NCBI GenBank assembly: GCA_965237955.1
Contig: OZ250169.1
Span: 192,001-256,000 of the forward strand
Direction: 5' to 3'
Source: Candidatus Marinacidobacterales bacterium
Lineage (GTDB): Bacteria; Acidobacteriota; Vicinamibacteria; Marinacidobacterales; SMYC01
Length of the DNA: 64,000 nucleotides
Shown here: positions 32,105 to 43,423 of the stretch, in pieces
Layout: every line of letters begins with the position of its first letter
Position numbering within the stretch: the stretch's first letter is position 1
Notes under the pieces: generated by a model
Told to the model about the DNA's origin: nothing
Databases searched by the model: none
Seen by the model: only the letters and a program-made list of their open reading frames with translations
Position numbers and translations under genes: made by a program

Positions 32105-32327
32105 AATTTGCCCAACGGGTCCGCGTCGATCTTCCCTGAAAGCATCGTCGTCGTCGATGCCTTGCGCCCCGAAAACGCTCTGGATATACTCAGCATCGCT
32201 TGGGAACGAGTTGTATTTACTCTTCGAGATGACACCTATCGATTCGACTCCGTTGTCTCAATCCCGACTTCTGTTTCGGGCGGCGTCGTGACAGTGTTTT
32301 CGGTTTGCCTGGGGACGAGCTGAGCGC

Positions 32328-33200
32328 GTGCCGAACCCAACCCAGCAGAGTGACCTGACGGTCGTCCTTCCTGCGTTCAACGAAACCGAAAGCCTCGAAC
32401 GGGTACTCAATGCGCTGAACGCACAACGTGCCGATTTCATTCGCGAGATTGTCGTTGTCGACGACGGCTCCACGGATGAGACCGCCTCGATCGCGGAAAA
32501 GGCCGGTGCGCGTGTGATTCGCCACCAACGAAATCTCGGCTACGGGGCCAGTCTCAAGAGCGGGATTCGATCCGTTCGAAGCGAGTTCGTTTTGACGATG
32601 GACTCGGACGGACAGCACCGCGTCTCCGACCTGATTCGCCTGTGGGAGCGAGCGAAAGATCACGACATGGTCATTGGGCAGCGGACCAACCGGTTCCACA
32701 GTCCTTTGTGGCGCATGCCGGGAAAGTGGCTGTTGCGAATCATGGCCCAGCATTTAGTTCGCTCCCGAATTCCAGACCTGAATTCCGGGCTCCGGGTGTT
32801 GCGATGTGACGTGGCGAAGAAGTATCTCCATCTTTGTCCGCAGGGGTTCTCCTTTTCGACGACGATGACGATGGCGTTGATGAGTCGAGGCTATAACGTC
32901 GAGTTCGTACCCATCGAAGTCGACAAACGCGTCGGCAGTAGCACCGTGTCGTTATCGACCGGCCTCGAGACCCTGATTCTTCTGATCCGTATCTCGGTTC
33001 TTTTCAATCCGCTTCGAATTTTCATACCTGCGAGCTTCGGCATCGGTCTCGTTGGAGTCCTGTGGGGAGTCCCTTATGCAATCTTGGGAAAAGGCGTGAG
33101 CATAGGCTCGATGTTGGGGATTGTGACAGCTCTGAGTCTTTTCGGACTGGGTCTGGTCGCGGATCAGATTTCTCAAATGCGCCTCGAGCGCTACGAATGA
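32328..33200 (+). CDS. GT2 glycosyltransferase (DPM-synthase-like) with C-terminal TM helices
   Basis: PAFNE, VDDGSTD, NLGYG, MDSDGQH, DLNSG. Confidence 0.93.
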   Translation: MPNPTQQSDLTVVLPAFNETESLERVLNALNAQRADFIREIVVVDDGSTDETASIAEKAGARVIRHQRNLGYGASLKSGIRSVRSEFVLTMDSDGQHRVSDLIRLWERAKDHDMVIGQRTNRFHSPLWRMPGKWLLRIMAQHLVRSRIPDLNSGLRVLRCDVAKKYLHLCPQGFSFSTTMTMALMSRGYNVEFVPIEVDKRVGSSTVSLSTGLETLILLIRISVLFNPLRIFIPASFGIGLVGVLWGVPYAILGKGVSIGSMLGIVTALSLFGLGLVADQISQMRLERYE

Positions 33201-33299
33201 AGCACGCCTGCCTTTCATTCATGCAGTTGCCCCCGGCCACGTCAATCTCTGCTCGGAGCGAAGAGAGGGAAAGGCGCGTGCCCCGCACAAGAGTCGTAT

Positions 33300-33960
33300 C
33301 CATGCCAATGAGTTTTGGTGCGTGCCATAGATCGTAAGTCAGCTCGCTCGTTCTTTGCGTCTCCGAGGCTTCGTGGGTACGGGTAGGCGCGTCGTCGAGG
33401 CGGCACGCTATCGCTACTTCCTATTTACGGAGCGGCAGTTTGATCGCCGTTACAGTGTTGGACACTGCCTGTGTTAGCGTGACCGAGGAGTTGGATTGCG
33501 AAGGGTCGTCGCACGAGAATTCACGTGGTTACGAGGCAACGACGCATGACTACTTCAGGCGTATGATGAACGCGGTAGTGATCGACTATCGGGACTTCGT
33601 ATTCATGGACATCGGCTCGAGGAAGGGTCACGTCTTGATATTGGCTTCCGCCTAACCCTTCAAGCGCATCGTTGGCGTCTAGCACGCACGGTCGCTTCAT
33701 CGGACCGCACAGAGAAATCTGAAGAGTTTTCTTCAAAAGACGGGGCGTTCGGACGTGTTCGAGCTCGAATGCTTGGACGCCGAAGCGCTCGAGTGGCCGG
33801 CGCAGGATACTGTGGTGTGGCTCTACCGTTCGACGCTACAAAGATGAGATCCTTTCTCACTCGGCTTTCGGAATCGGCTCGGTGGAATTGAAGGCAGCTT
33901 CTGCTGTTCTATCGAAACCCGCGGTGCGCCCAGACCTTCGAGTCTTTCAGCTTTCTGAGG
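33300..33960 (+). pseudogene. Degraded class I SAM-dependent methyltransferase
   Basis: DFVFMDIGSRKGHVLILASA*PFKRIVGV with stops and frameshifts. Confidence 0.55.
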
Positions 33961-34391
33961 TCTGTGACCGAGCACTACGCGATTTACGCAAACGGGAACG
34001 TACCACGGTCGTGACGCCATCGTTCGGTTGAATCGAGCGCGGCGGATGGATGGCTCGGGTTGATTCGAGAATTCATCGCCACGCGCGCAAGCAACAACTA
34101 GAGTGACACCCCGGCCGCTGGTCTTGACTTCACGCCATCAACCCTGGATCGTCCACGACGGGCGACAGCAGGCCGGTGTTGCGCTGATTTGGTGTGCCTG
34201 GATATACTGGCGAGTGATCGTTTGCCAAGTATTGCGAGAGCGCCCGACGAGCAGACTTGCTCCACCGAGCGCGATTCGCCTCCTGACTTCGGCCGATGAT
34301 CCCGTCATTGTCGATTTGCTGACGGAAGCGGCCGCTCTGTGCGTGCTGGTCACGAATCGAAAAGCGAACCCCTGGAGGCGTTGAGCAGACC

Positions 34392-36323
34392 ATGTGCGGC
34401 ATCGCTGGGATTCTGAGCTTCGACGGAACGAGTCCGTCGATCGATGCAGTGACGTCGATGACGCGCTTGATCGCCCATCGTGGTCCCGACGGAGAAGAAT
34501 TCTATGCGTCCGGTCCCGTAGCTCTTGGCCACCGTCGGCTCGCCATCATCGATCTTTCCGCCGCGGGTCGACAACCCATGTCGAACGAAGACGAGACGGT
34601 GTGGATCACCTACAACGGGGAGATCTACAACTATGCCAGTCTGCGAAGCGATCTCGAAGGGCGTGGGCATAGGTTTCGCTCAGCAACCGACACCGAAGTC
34701 GTGGTGCATGCCTATGAAGAATGGGGCGTCGATTGCCTCGAACGCTTTAACGGCATGTTCGCGTTTGCGCTCTGGGATGCGAGTCGGAAACGGCTTTGGG
34801 TGGCGCGTGACCGCATTGGAATCAAGCCGCTGTTCTATGCCCATCTTCCGGACCGTTTTCTTTTCGGCTCCGAGCTGAAGGCGATCGTCGCCCATCCGGC
34901 CTTTGACCGGGGGCTGGATTTCGAGGCGCTCTCCTATTACTTGGCATTCAACTACACACCAGCGCCCTACACTCTCTTCGCGCAAGCGAGACAGCTCCTC
35001 CCCGGCCACTATTTGACGGTCAATGCCGAGGGTCGGCTGGAAATCACGGAATACTGGGATCTGATTTACGACGAGTCACAAAAGCGCAGCGATCCGGCCT
35101 TGGTGTCCGAGTTCGATCAGCGATTTCACGAGGCGGTCCGTGCGAGACTGGTGAGCGACGTCCCGTTCGGCGCGTTCTTGAGCGGGGGGGTCGATTCGAG
35201 CAGCATCGCTTATTGGATGTCGCAAGATATGAGCACGACCCTGAAGACTTTCTCCATTGGCTTTGGGGAACCGTCGTATGACGAGGTCGAATACGCGCGC
35301 GAGGTTGCCGAGCACCTGAAGACGGATCATCACGAACGCATCGTATCTGCCGATGCCGCCACCGTCCTTCCGAAAGTGGTCTGGCATGCGGAGGAGCCCA
35401 CCGCCGACTCCTCCATGGTTGCGGTGTACTACCTCGCCCAGATGGCTCGAGAGAAGGTCACGATGACCTTGAGCGGCGACGGTGCCGACGACATCCTTGC
35501 CGGCTACGAAACCTATCAAGCCTATTTCCTGCACCAGCTCTTGCGTGGCGTCCCGCGATGGATTCGTCGCGGAGTCCTCTCGCCTCTCGTCAACCTGCTG
35601 CCGGTGTCGGACTCGAAGGTCAGCCTAGATTTCAAGCTCCGGCGGTTTCTTGCGGGCGCGGACTTCACGTCAGAAGATGCGCACGCGACCTGGAGAATGA
35701 TCTTCGACGACGCTCACCGGACGAAGTTGCTCGCCCCCATAAGCCACGCACCCGGCGTCGGCGCCGATCCGATCGATCTGTACCGGCGGTATTTCGCCAA
35801 GACGAACGCGCGCGCCCCTCTCAATCGGATGCTGTATGTCGACACCCGTTTGTATCTTCCCAGCGATATGTTGGTAAAGATCGATCGGATGACGATGGCT
35901 CACGGTCTCGAGACCAGAGTGCCGTTCCTCGATCACGATCTCGTAGAATTTTCCGCGAAACTACCGCCGTCGCTCAAGCTACATCACTTCTTGAAAAAGA
36001 AACACATTCTCAAGAAAGTCATGCAGCCGCGACTGCCCGAAAGCGTACTCAAACGGAGAAAGCAAGGATTCAACGTACCCAAAGTGCGCTGGATCAAGTG
36101 CGACCTCAAGGAGTTCGTTCGCGATCACCTCTCACCGCAAAGAGCGCGCGAGACAGGCCTCCTCGACGAAAGCGTCGTCACCGGGTTGCTCGACGACCAC
36201 TTCCATGAACGAGCCGACAACAGCCACCAGATTTGGTGCCTGCTAACGTTGGTGCTGTGGCTCGACCAGTTCGCGGTGAGAGCCCCTTCGTCACCAAACG
36301 AGAGTCTTTCCGTAGTCAACTGA
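34392..36323 (+). CDS. asnB: Asparagine synthase (glutamine-hydrolysing)-like amidotransferase
   Basis: MCGIAG, HRGPD, HRRLAIIDLS, NGEIYN, LSGGVDSS, SGDGAD, DRMTMAHGLE. Confidence 0.95.
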   Translation: MCGIAGILSFDGTSPSIDAVTSMTRLIAHRGPDGEEFYASGPVALGHRRLAIIDLSAAGRQPMSNEDETVWITYNGEIYNYASLRSDLEGRGHRFRSATDTEVVVHAYEEWGVDCLERFNGMFAFALWDASRKRLWVARDRIGIKPLFYAHLPDRFLFGSELKAIVAHPAFDRGLDFEALSYYLAFNYTPAPYTLFAQARQLLPGHYLTVNAEGRLEITEYWDLIYDESQKRSDPALVSEFDQRFHEAVRARLVSDVPFGAFLSGGVDSSSIAYWMSQDMSTTLKTFSIGFGEPSYDEVEYAREVAEHLKTDHHERIVSADAATVLPKVVWHAEEPTADSSMVAVYYLAQMAREKVTMTLSGDGADDILAGYETYQAYFLHQLLRGVPRWIRRGVLSPLVNLLPVSDSKVSLDFKLRRFLAGADFTSEDAHATWRMIFDDAHRTKLLAPISHAPGVGADPIDLYRRYFAKTNARAPLNRMLYVDTRLYLPSDMLVKIDRMTMAHGLETRVPFLDHDLVEFSAKLPPSLKLHHFLKKKHILKKVMQPRLPESVLKRRKQGFNVPKVRWIKCDLKEFVRDHLSPQRARETGLLDESVVTGLLDDHFHERADNSHQIWCLLTLVLWLDQFAVRAPSSPNESLSVVN

Positions 36324-36325
36324 TC

Positions 36326-36757
36326 GGTACTGTCAAATTGAGCTGGTGACTGACAGAAGGGGCCAATGAAGACCGATGCACCAAGCTACCACGGCTATCG
36401 ATCTGAGAAGCTACAGCGCCGCTCACCGCGAGGTCATGCCGTCCGTCGTCCACCCCACCGACCAGTACAGAAACAACCTAGCCGAAGTCTCGCACGAGCC
36501 GACGCGACAACGGGAACGGGAACGACCGATGCAGAAGTTTGAAACTCCGGGACAGGCGCAACGATTCTTGACCGTGCATGGACTTGTGCAAAACCTCTTT
36601 CGCGTCGGACGGCATTTGTTGCAAGCGCGTCATCATCGAGAGCTACGAGACCGCGCTTTCATCGTCTGGCACGAGGTAACATGTGCCGCCTGACGAGAGC
36701 AAAGGAAGTCAGCTCGACGCGATAGGTTCGCTCGATCAATGTCAACTTGACAATACC
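36326..36757 (+). mobile_element. Internally deleted IS6 copy (432 bp, both IRs retained)
   Basis: GGTACTGTCAA...TTGACAATACC; junction GGCTATCGAT|CTGAGAAGC. Confidence 0.9.
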
Positions 36758-37160
36758 GTTTGGCGTGAAGCAGGACGGTGGTGAGGAGGAGGACACCGCC
36801 AGCTTTGAGACAACGAAACGTCTCGAAAAACACGGGACTCAGCTGGAACAAGTGCTTGAGCACGTAATTGCACACGGCGCAATCCACGGATGCGGAGGCG
36901 AGGGGCCACGATGTCTTCAGATCGGCGACGACATCCGGCGTGCGGCTCGCGGCTCAAATTCAGCGAGATGATGCGGCATCCCGCATCAAGATCGAGCGCT
37001 TCCCATACCGCTGGGGTCGGACCACCGGCGTCGAGCAGACGAATATCATCCGCGACTGACAGCTCCAGTCACGAGAGCGCCACCGTCGTCGCCGCCCGCA
37101 GCACGCTGTGACCCTTCGAAAGCTCGCGAGCAAGCCCTCGTCGCGGTTCGACTTTCTCGA
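36758..37160 (-). pseudogene. Methyltransferase remnant truncated by IS6
   Basis: LLDAGG.. and DCAVCNYVLKHL..RCLKAGGVLLLTT in broken frames. Confidence 0.5.
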
Positions 37161-37844
37161 TCATGGTGCCCGCCGAAGCCGTGCCGCGAAGGACAACGAG
37201 AACAACGAGGGACTGATTTTACCGAGCATACGAAACGGAGCCGCCACAAAGCGACTCCGATATTTGAACGTGTGGAAGCGCTCATCGACGATGTGAAGGC
37301 CCACCGAAGCGACGACGCTTCTAAACGTCTCGCGGTTGAACCAGTAGACGTGCTGCTTGCGAGGCGTATTGTTCTCCGGAACCCGCCCCAGCACTACTTG
37401 GCAGCGGGCGATGACCGAGTTGAAGTTGGGTACGACAATGACGATGTCCTCGGCGACCCGGGCCGCTTCGGCCAGAAGCTCGGCCGGATAGAAAGTATGC
37501 TCGAGGACGTCGATGAGGGTTGCCGTGGCGAAGCTTCCACTTGCGAATGGCAGAGTCCTCTCGGCATCGCAGCGCACCGCCGTGAACGCTTTCTCCTTGA
37601 GAATACGGAGGCTCGACGTGGCGATGTCGCACCCGACGAGAGATCCGAGGCTCTTGTCTCGCGCCAAGCCGAGAAAGTGTCCCGCGCCGCAGCCGATGTC
37701 GACCACCGGCTCACGATCGACGAGCTCACACGCGGCGAAGTGCTTCCACTGAAGACCGGCGTCCGGACCGCGCCAGAAGCCCTCCCAGTGCGCGACGTCG
37801 GCGGATTTCATGTTGGCCATCCGAGCTCGCCCGCCCAGCGACAC
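37161..37844 (-). CDS. Class I SAM-dependent methyltransferase
   Basis: VVDIGCGAG, LPFASGSF, DVLEH, VVPNF. Confidence 0.88.
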   Translation of the reverse strand: MSLGGRARMANMKSADVAHWEGFWRGPDAGLQWKHFAACELVDREPVVDIGCGAGHFLGLARDKSLGSLVGCDIATSSLRILKEKAFTAVRCDAERTLPFASGSFATATLIDVLEHTFYPAELLAEAARVAEDIVIVVPNFNSVIARCQVVLGRVPENNTPRKQHVYWFNRETFRSVVASVGLHIVDERFHTFKYRSRFVAAPFRMLGKISPSLFSLSFAARLRRAP

Positions 37845-38211
37845 GTAATCGCGGGCTCGTCGACGGTTTTACACTGGGTCCGCCGCTCCAAGAAGACTCG
37901 GGGCGAGCCAGGAGTTAGGACGGCCTTCACGCTAGAATGGCACCTTATCACAAGTCGTTCCGAGCTTGTCGTCGTGTCCGAAAATACGAACGGAGCCCGA
38001 AAGCTCGAATCCTAGAGGCATTCTCGAAATTCGCAGAAACCAGCCGACGCGGCACTGGCTCTGTGATAGGCGCTCCCGAGCAGACCTTCCGCTTCGTTGA
38101 AGACGGGAACGCAAACGCTGAGCTTCGATCTCGAGCTCACGGGTTCACTCGTTTCCGCAGCCCGGCGCGCCAACTGTTCCTGGTGCGCATGTCGAGGTGC
38201 TCGACAGGGAG

Positions 38212-38524
38212 GTCCTTTGCGATCGTGCGGTGAGTAAAACCCAGCTCGTACTTTAACCTTAGAAACCTCTCGTATTTTTCTCATCGATAACCTCTTAGCT
38301 GCCATTTCCTAGATCGTCCTCCTTCCGGGTACGACCTAGAGTGCCTTGAAACGTGCTATCGATGAGCGTTCGCGATGCCGGAACCGGCGTTCACGTTGCC
38401 TGGAATCCGTGTTCACCTTCCCCGGAATCCATGTTCACGATCCCCGGAATCCGTGTTCACGATGCTTTGGAATGGATGTTCACCTTCGGCTGGAATCTGC
38501 GTTCACGATGCCCCGGAATACGCA
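38212..38524 (-). mobile_element. Left-end remnant of the same IS21 element as 14798
   Basis: Reverse complement of about 14798-15108. Confidence 0.88.
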
Positions 38525-38661
38525 ATGGGCGGGGCATCGGCGTTCGAGTCGTCACTGAGGCCAAGTATAATGTCAACCGCTCCGCGTGATAGGGAAAGTG
38601 CCGGTAGCGTGCTGAAAGGAAAAATGTTGTTCGAGACGGTTATCATCGGATACAGAAATAG

Positions 38662-39672
38662 GTGTTTCGTGTCATGCGCCGCGAGCATGTAGGCTGGCTC
38701 TGCTGTCCAACGTCTCGGGAGCCGCTTTCTCTTGAGGTCGACGAAGAAGCGCAGGACGGCCATATCTTGACCGGGACCCTGTACTCCGCCGCGAGCCGGT
38801 ACCGTATCGAGGGTGGGATCCCTCGCTTCTTGATGGAGGAGCGTTCCGAAGCTGAGAGCCGAACGGTCGATGCGTTCGGCAAACAATGGGCCGAGGCCGG
38901 GGCGTTCAGTTTGACCTACGGTCAAGACGAGGATTATTTCGACCAATTTTTCCATCCCCTTTCTCTGGACAGCCTGCGCGACCGGATCACGCTCGACGCG
39001 GGCTGCGGGAACGGACGTTTGTTGGAGCTCGTCCTTCGATACGACCCCGCCCTCATCGTCGGCCTCGACTATTCCTCCTCGGTCGAGATCGCTTTTCGGC
39101 GGACGCGCCACGCCGACCACGTTCTGATCGTGCAGGGCTCCATTCTTGCCCCTCCTCTGGCCGAGCGACGATTCGAGGTCATCTTCTCTCTGGGCGTGGT
39201 GCATCATCTGGCATCGCCGTCCGTGGGGGTGGAGCGTTTGGGCGGGCTCCTGAAGGAGCAAGGTAAGATGCATCTATGGACCTACGCCCGTGAGGGCAAC
39301 GAGCTCTACCTCGCAGTGGCCGGCCCAATGAGAAGGCTGAGTCGCCGCTTGCCGGCTCGAGCGCTATGGGGATTTAGCTTCGCCCTGGCCCTCGCCGGTT
39401 GGCCTTACCTTTTGCTTTGCAGCGCCTCGGAGCGGTGGCTGCGCGGGCGCCACCCGCTACCGATGAGCCGCTACCTTGCGTTTTTGTATTCGCTCGGGTT
39501 TCGAGTGTTCGCTCTCGTGATCCACGATCAGCTGGCGCCCGCCATCGCACACTACCCGAGACGCTCGGAGCTCTTGGAATGGTGCCGCAAGCCCTCCCTG
39601 ACGGTAAACCACCTGGATATGCGCACGGAGAACAGCTGGCGCATTGGACTCGTGAAGGAGTCGAGCTCTTGA
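38662..39672 (+). CDS. SAM-dependent methyltransferase with a Trm112-like N-terminus
   Basis: LCCP..YRIEGGIPRF, LDAGCGNGR, SLGVVHH; likely start ATG near 38674. Confidence 0.88.
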   Translation: MFRVMRREHVGWLCCPTSREPLSLEVDEEAQDGHILTGTLYSAASRYRIEGGIPRFLMEERSEAESRTVDAFGKQWAEAGAFSLTYGQDEDYFDQFFHPLSLDSLRDRITLDAGCGNGRLLELVLRYDPALIVGLDYSSSVEIAFRRTRHADHVLIVQGSILAPPLAERRFEVIFSLGVVHHLASPSVGVERLGGLLKEQGKMHLWTYAREGNELYLAVAGPMRRLSRRLPARALWGFSFALALAGWPYLLLCSASERWLRGRHPLPMSRYLAFLYSLGFRVFALVIHDQLAPAIAHYPRRSELLEWCRKPSLTVNHLDMRTENSWRIGLVKESSS

Positions 39673-40541
39673 GTCATCAGTTGAGCATCTGCGTTCCCGC
39701 CTATAACGAAGAAGAAGGCATCGCGAAATCCTTGGCGATGCTTCGCAAGGAATTTCCGGAGGCGGAGCTCATCGTCGTCGATGACGGTTCCGACGATCGC
39801 ACGGGCGAGATCGCAAGAGCCATCGAGGACGTCCGTCTCATTTCGCACGAGAGAAATCGCGGCTATGGAGCGTCACTGAAAGTGGCTATGCGAGAGGCCC
39901 GAGGGGAGGTCATCGCCTGGTTCGACGCCGACGGCCAGCACGACGCGCGAGACCTTCGCACCGTCGTCGAGCCGGTGCTGAGTGGCGAGAAAGATTCTGT
40001 GATAGGCGTTCGTTCCGGGAGCTCAGGGGACCGCTTCCCTCATCGCTCGGGGAAGTGGATTTTGAAACGCGCGGCCGAGCTCATCGTTCGTCACCGAGTC
40101 CCCGACTTGAACTCAGGCATGCGGTGCTTCAAAGGGAAAGTCATACGTCGTTATCTCCATCTACTTCCGGACGGGTTCTCCGCATCGAGCACCACCACGC
40201 TGCTCATGATGAAAAGAGGCTACCGGCTCGGATATCAGGAAATCCCTTCACGGCCCCGCGAAGGCAATCAGTCCTCCGTGCGGCCCATTCGTGATGGCTG
40301 GCGAACGCTCCAGGTGCTGGTGCGCATGTTGATGCTCTTCGAGGCCTTCGGATTTTTTACCGTTTTGAGCGCTTTGCAGATCGTTCCGGCCGTTATCTAT
40401 GGAGTTTGGATCGCACTCGCGAACCGCGAAGGATTTCCGATACTCGCCGCCACGGTCATTATTTCAGGGCTCCTGACTTTCTTCATGGGGCTCCTCGGCG
40501 ATCAGATCACGGAGTTGCGGAAAGAGAAGTTCGAGGACTGA
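39669..40541 (+). CDS. GT2 glycosyltransferase (paralog of 32328-33200)
   Basis: PAYNEE, VDDGSDD, NRGYG, DADGQH, DLNSG; TTG start overlaps the upstream stop. Confidence 0.9.
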   Translation: MSHQLSICVPAYNEEEGIAKSLAMLRKEFPEAELIVVDDGSDDRTGEIARAIEDVRLISHERNRGYGASLKVAMREARGEVIAWFDADGQHDARDLRTVVEPVLSGEKDSVIGVRSGSSGDRFPHRSGKWILKRAAELIVRHRVPDLNSGMRCFKGKVIRRYLHLLPDGFSASSTTTLLMMKRGYRLGYQEIPSRPREGNQSSVRPIRDGWRTLQVLVRMLMLFEAFGFFTVLSALQIVPAVIYGVWIALANREGFPILAATVIISGLLTFFMGLLGDQITELRKEKFED

Positions 40542-40550
40542 AACGAACGT

Positions 40551-42419
40551 ATGTGCGGCATCGTCGGTATTTGTAACCTGGACCATCCGGAATCGACCCT
40601 ATCTCGCGAAGTGCTGGATGCGATGACCGACGCAGTAAAGCATCGCGGTCCGGATGGGCGGGGCGTCTATCTCGCTCCCGGCATCGGCATCGGCCATCGA
40701 AGGTTATCGATCCTCGATCCAAGCTCTGCCGGGCGGCAGCCTATGTCGGCTCAAAACGGCCAAGTCTGGATCACTTATAACGGCGAGATCTACAACTTCC
40801 TCGAGCTTCGTGAAGAGCTCGAAAACAAAGGGCACGTTTTCAAGTCGCGCACCGATACCGAAGTCGTTCTCTACGCTTACATCGAGTGGGGTTTGGAATG
40901 CGTCGATAAATTGAACGGGATCTTTGCCTTCGGTCTCTGGGATGAACGCCATCGCCGATTGTGGCTCGTGCGCGATCACCTCGGTGTCAAGCCGCTGTTC
41001 TACTCTATTCAGCACGGTCAGTTGAGCTTCGCTTCCGAGGTGTCCGCCCTCTGGCGAAATCCGGCCCTTAGTCGCGAGGTCGATTTTGGCGGGCTCGATG
41101 CTTTTATGACCTTCAGCTACGTTCCTGCCCCTTTGACGGGATATAAAGACGTGCGCCAGCTTTTGCCTGGCGAGTGGCTCTTGGCGGAAGCCGGCAGAAT
41201 CCAGCACCGTAAATATTGGGACGTTTCGCTGGATGCGCCGAAGTTTCGCGAGAGCGAGGAGGAGCTCGAAGAGGCTTTCGGAGACTTGTTTCGACGCGTC
41301 GTGAAACGCCAGATGATCGCCGACGTTCCCGTCGGATGCTACCTTTCTGGAGGCATCGACTCGTTCGCTGTGGCGCGAGCGATGCACGGCGTCAATGGCG
41401 ACAAGACGCAGGCGTTCTCGATGGGCTTTCGGGAGCCGAGCTTCGACGAGGCGCCCCTGGCTAAGATTGCTGCTGACACGCTGGGAGTGGATTTCCACTG
41501 CGGCTATGTCGAGCCCGTGAGCCAGGAGCGTCTCCGGGCGATTGTCGATCACGCTCAAGAGCCTTTCGGCGACTCCTCGATGCTTGCCGTCTATGGGCTT
41601 TCGGAGCTCACGCGAAAACACGTGAAAGTAGTTTTATCCGGCGACGGTGCGGACGAGATTCTCGCCGGCTACCCCACCTATCGCGCGAGTCGGGTCGCTC
41701 CTTGGTTTCGTTTACTGCCCGGCCTCGTTCGCAAACGAGCCATCCCGTCCCTGGTTCGGGCCATGCCGGCATCGGAGCGCAAATACGCCATGAGCCAGAT
41801 TTTGAATCGATTCGTCTATGGAGCCAACCAGGGCAAGTGGCGGGACCACGCCTCGTGGCGCGTCATCTGCACGAACGAGACCAAGAAAAAAATTTACAGC
41901 CCTGAGCTCTGGGCTCGCACACGCGATCTCGATCCCTTGGGCTCGTATGAAAAGGTGATGCGGCAATTAGATGGGAGGGGGCTCTCCAACCTGGACGCGT
42001 GGTTATACGCCGACCTGACGTTCTACCTTCCGAACGACATGCTGGTAAAAGTCGACCGGATGAGCATGGCCCATGGCTTGGAAGCACGCGTGCCATACTT
42101 GGACCGCGAGCTCGTCGAGTTCTGCTGGCGGCTTCCCGATCGACTGAAAATGAACTGGCTCCAGGGCAAAGTGTTGCTACGGCGCAAAGAAAAAGCGCAC
42201 TATCCGGCGGAGCTGGCCCGGCTTCCGAAGAAGGGCTTCAATGTGCCGCTCGAGCCTTGGTTTCGCAACGGAGTGTTTCAGTTGAGGAGCAAAGGCCAAG
42301 GTCTTTTTACCGAACACTTGAATTGGAATGGCGTTACCGACCTTGGGCGCGCTCATGCGGAAGGCGCGGCCGACTACGCTCACGTGCTCCACTCGATTAT
42401 GATTTTGGAGCACTTGTGA
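40551..42419 (+). CDS. asnB: Second asparagine synthase-like amidotransferase
   Basis: MCGIVG, HRGPD, NGEIYN, LSGGIDS, SGDGADE. Confidence 0.95.
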   Translation: MCGIVGICNLDHPESTLSREVLDAMTDAVKHRGPDGRGVYLAPGIGIGHRRLSILDPSSAGRQPMSAQNGQVWITYNGEIYNFLELREELENKGHVFKSRTDTEVVLYAYIEWGLECVDKLNGIFAFGLWDERHRRLWLVRDHLGVKPLFYSIQHGQLSFASEVSALWRNPALSREVDFGGLDAFMTFSYVPAPLTGYKDVRQLLPGEWLLAEAGRIQHRKYWDVSLDAPKFRESEEELEEAFGDLFRRVVKRQMIADVPVGCYLSGGIDSFAVARAMHGVNGDKTQAFSMGFREPSFDEAPLAKIAADTLGVDFHCGYVEPVSQERLRAIVDHAQEPFGDSSMLAVYGLSELTRKHVKVVLSGDGADEILAGYPTYRASRVAPWFRLLPGLVRKRAIPSLVRAMPASERKYAMSQILNRFVYGANQGKWRDHASWRVICTNETKKKIYSPELWARTRDLDPLGSYEKVMRQLDGRGLSNLDAWLYADLTFYLPNDMLVKVDRMSMAHGLEARVPYLDRELVEFCWRLPDRLKMNWLQGKVLLRRKEKAHYPAELARLPKKGFNVPLEPWFRNGVFQLRSKGQGLFTEHLNWNGVTDLGRAHAEGAADYAHVLHSIMILEHL

Positions 42420-42444
42420 TCCCCCGCGCGGGGAATCCAGAAGC

Positions 42445-43281
42445 TTGAAATTTCTCCTTTTGCGTTACGTGATTGCCGGCGCGGCGCTCGTCGGTGCGTG
42501 GGCAACGCTGCGCTTTCGCTCGGTCAAATTGGGGCTCGCTCTCGTGATTACGCTCGGCCTGTTGAGCTGGCTTCTCGCATGGTTGCCGCTCGAGCAGCCC
42601 TACGGGCTAAAGCCCGGAACCGAGACATCGTTCGACTTCGCCATCATGAGCGCAGGCGCAGCCCGCGGTGAGGTGCTCGAGGGATGGGTTTTGGGTCGGC
42701 GCAATCCACGCCCGGCCTGGAGCCTTCTGTGGTACGCCCTTTCGCCCGGCGATCCGGTCGCAGCCCGGGGGCTCGTTGTTTTGCTTGCTCCGTTGATGCT
42801 GATAGCACTCCCGTGCGTCGTCTACTGGCTCGTGCGTGGCGCTGGCGGTCAGGATCGCTTCGTCGCGCTCACCAGCGCTTTCACGGCTGTTCTCGCTTCT
42901 TCCGTTTCGCTCGATACATTCAGGCCTTTCTCGCTCTTCTACCAGGAGGTTTTCTTTGCAACACCGCGCTTTGCGCTAGCCCTCGTTCTTTCGCTCGCAG
43001 CGCTCGGGCTCGCTTGGCGCCCCCGAGCGCGGTGGCCGATAGTGAGCGGGGTGTTGCTGGGCGTGTTGGGCTTTCTCTATACGACGATCTTTGTCTGGGC
43101 CATGCTCACGCTCCTTTTCGGGGAGGTCCTGATCGTCGCTTCCGGCAAAGCTTTCCGATGGAGCGGAACGTGGCTCGCCATCTTGCTCGGCGGTGCTCTC
43201 GCGAGTCCGCAGATCGCTCTCCTCCTTCGCCGCGAGCTTCTCGTTCGCATCCCGTCCTGTGCCAAAACTCGGCCCTCTTGA
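42445..43281 (+). pseudogene. Polytopic membrane protein, 3'-truncated at about 43251 by a long-TIR end
   Basis: Hydrophobic ORF resembling 59986-61650 (PLEQPYG / PLGRAYG, AARG); last codons derive from the TIR. Confidence 0.7.
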
Positions 43282-43423
43282 AATAGACCACAAATCAGCA
43301 GCTTAGACGCCCTTGGAATCCGCCGACCCTTGGGCTGCGGGGCGAGCTACGGGCAGTGAACTTCGCACCCGGAAGTCCCTCATTAGACTGGACTTTATCG
43401 AGCACAAGAGCGAACGTTCGGTG

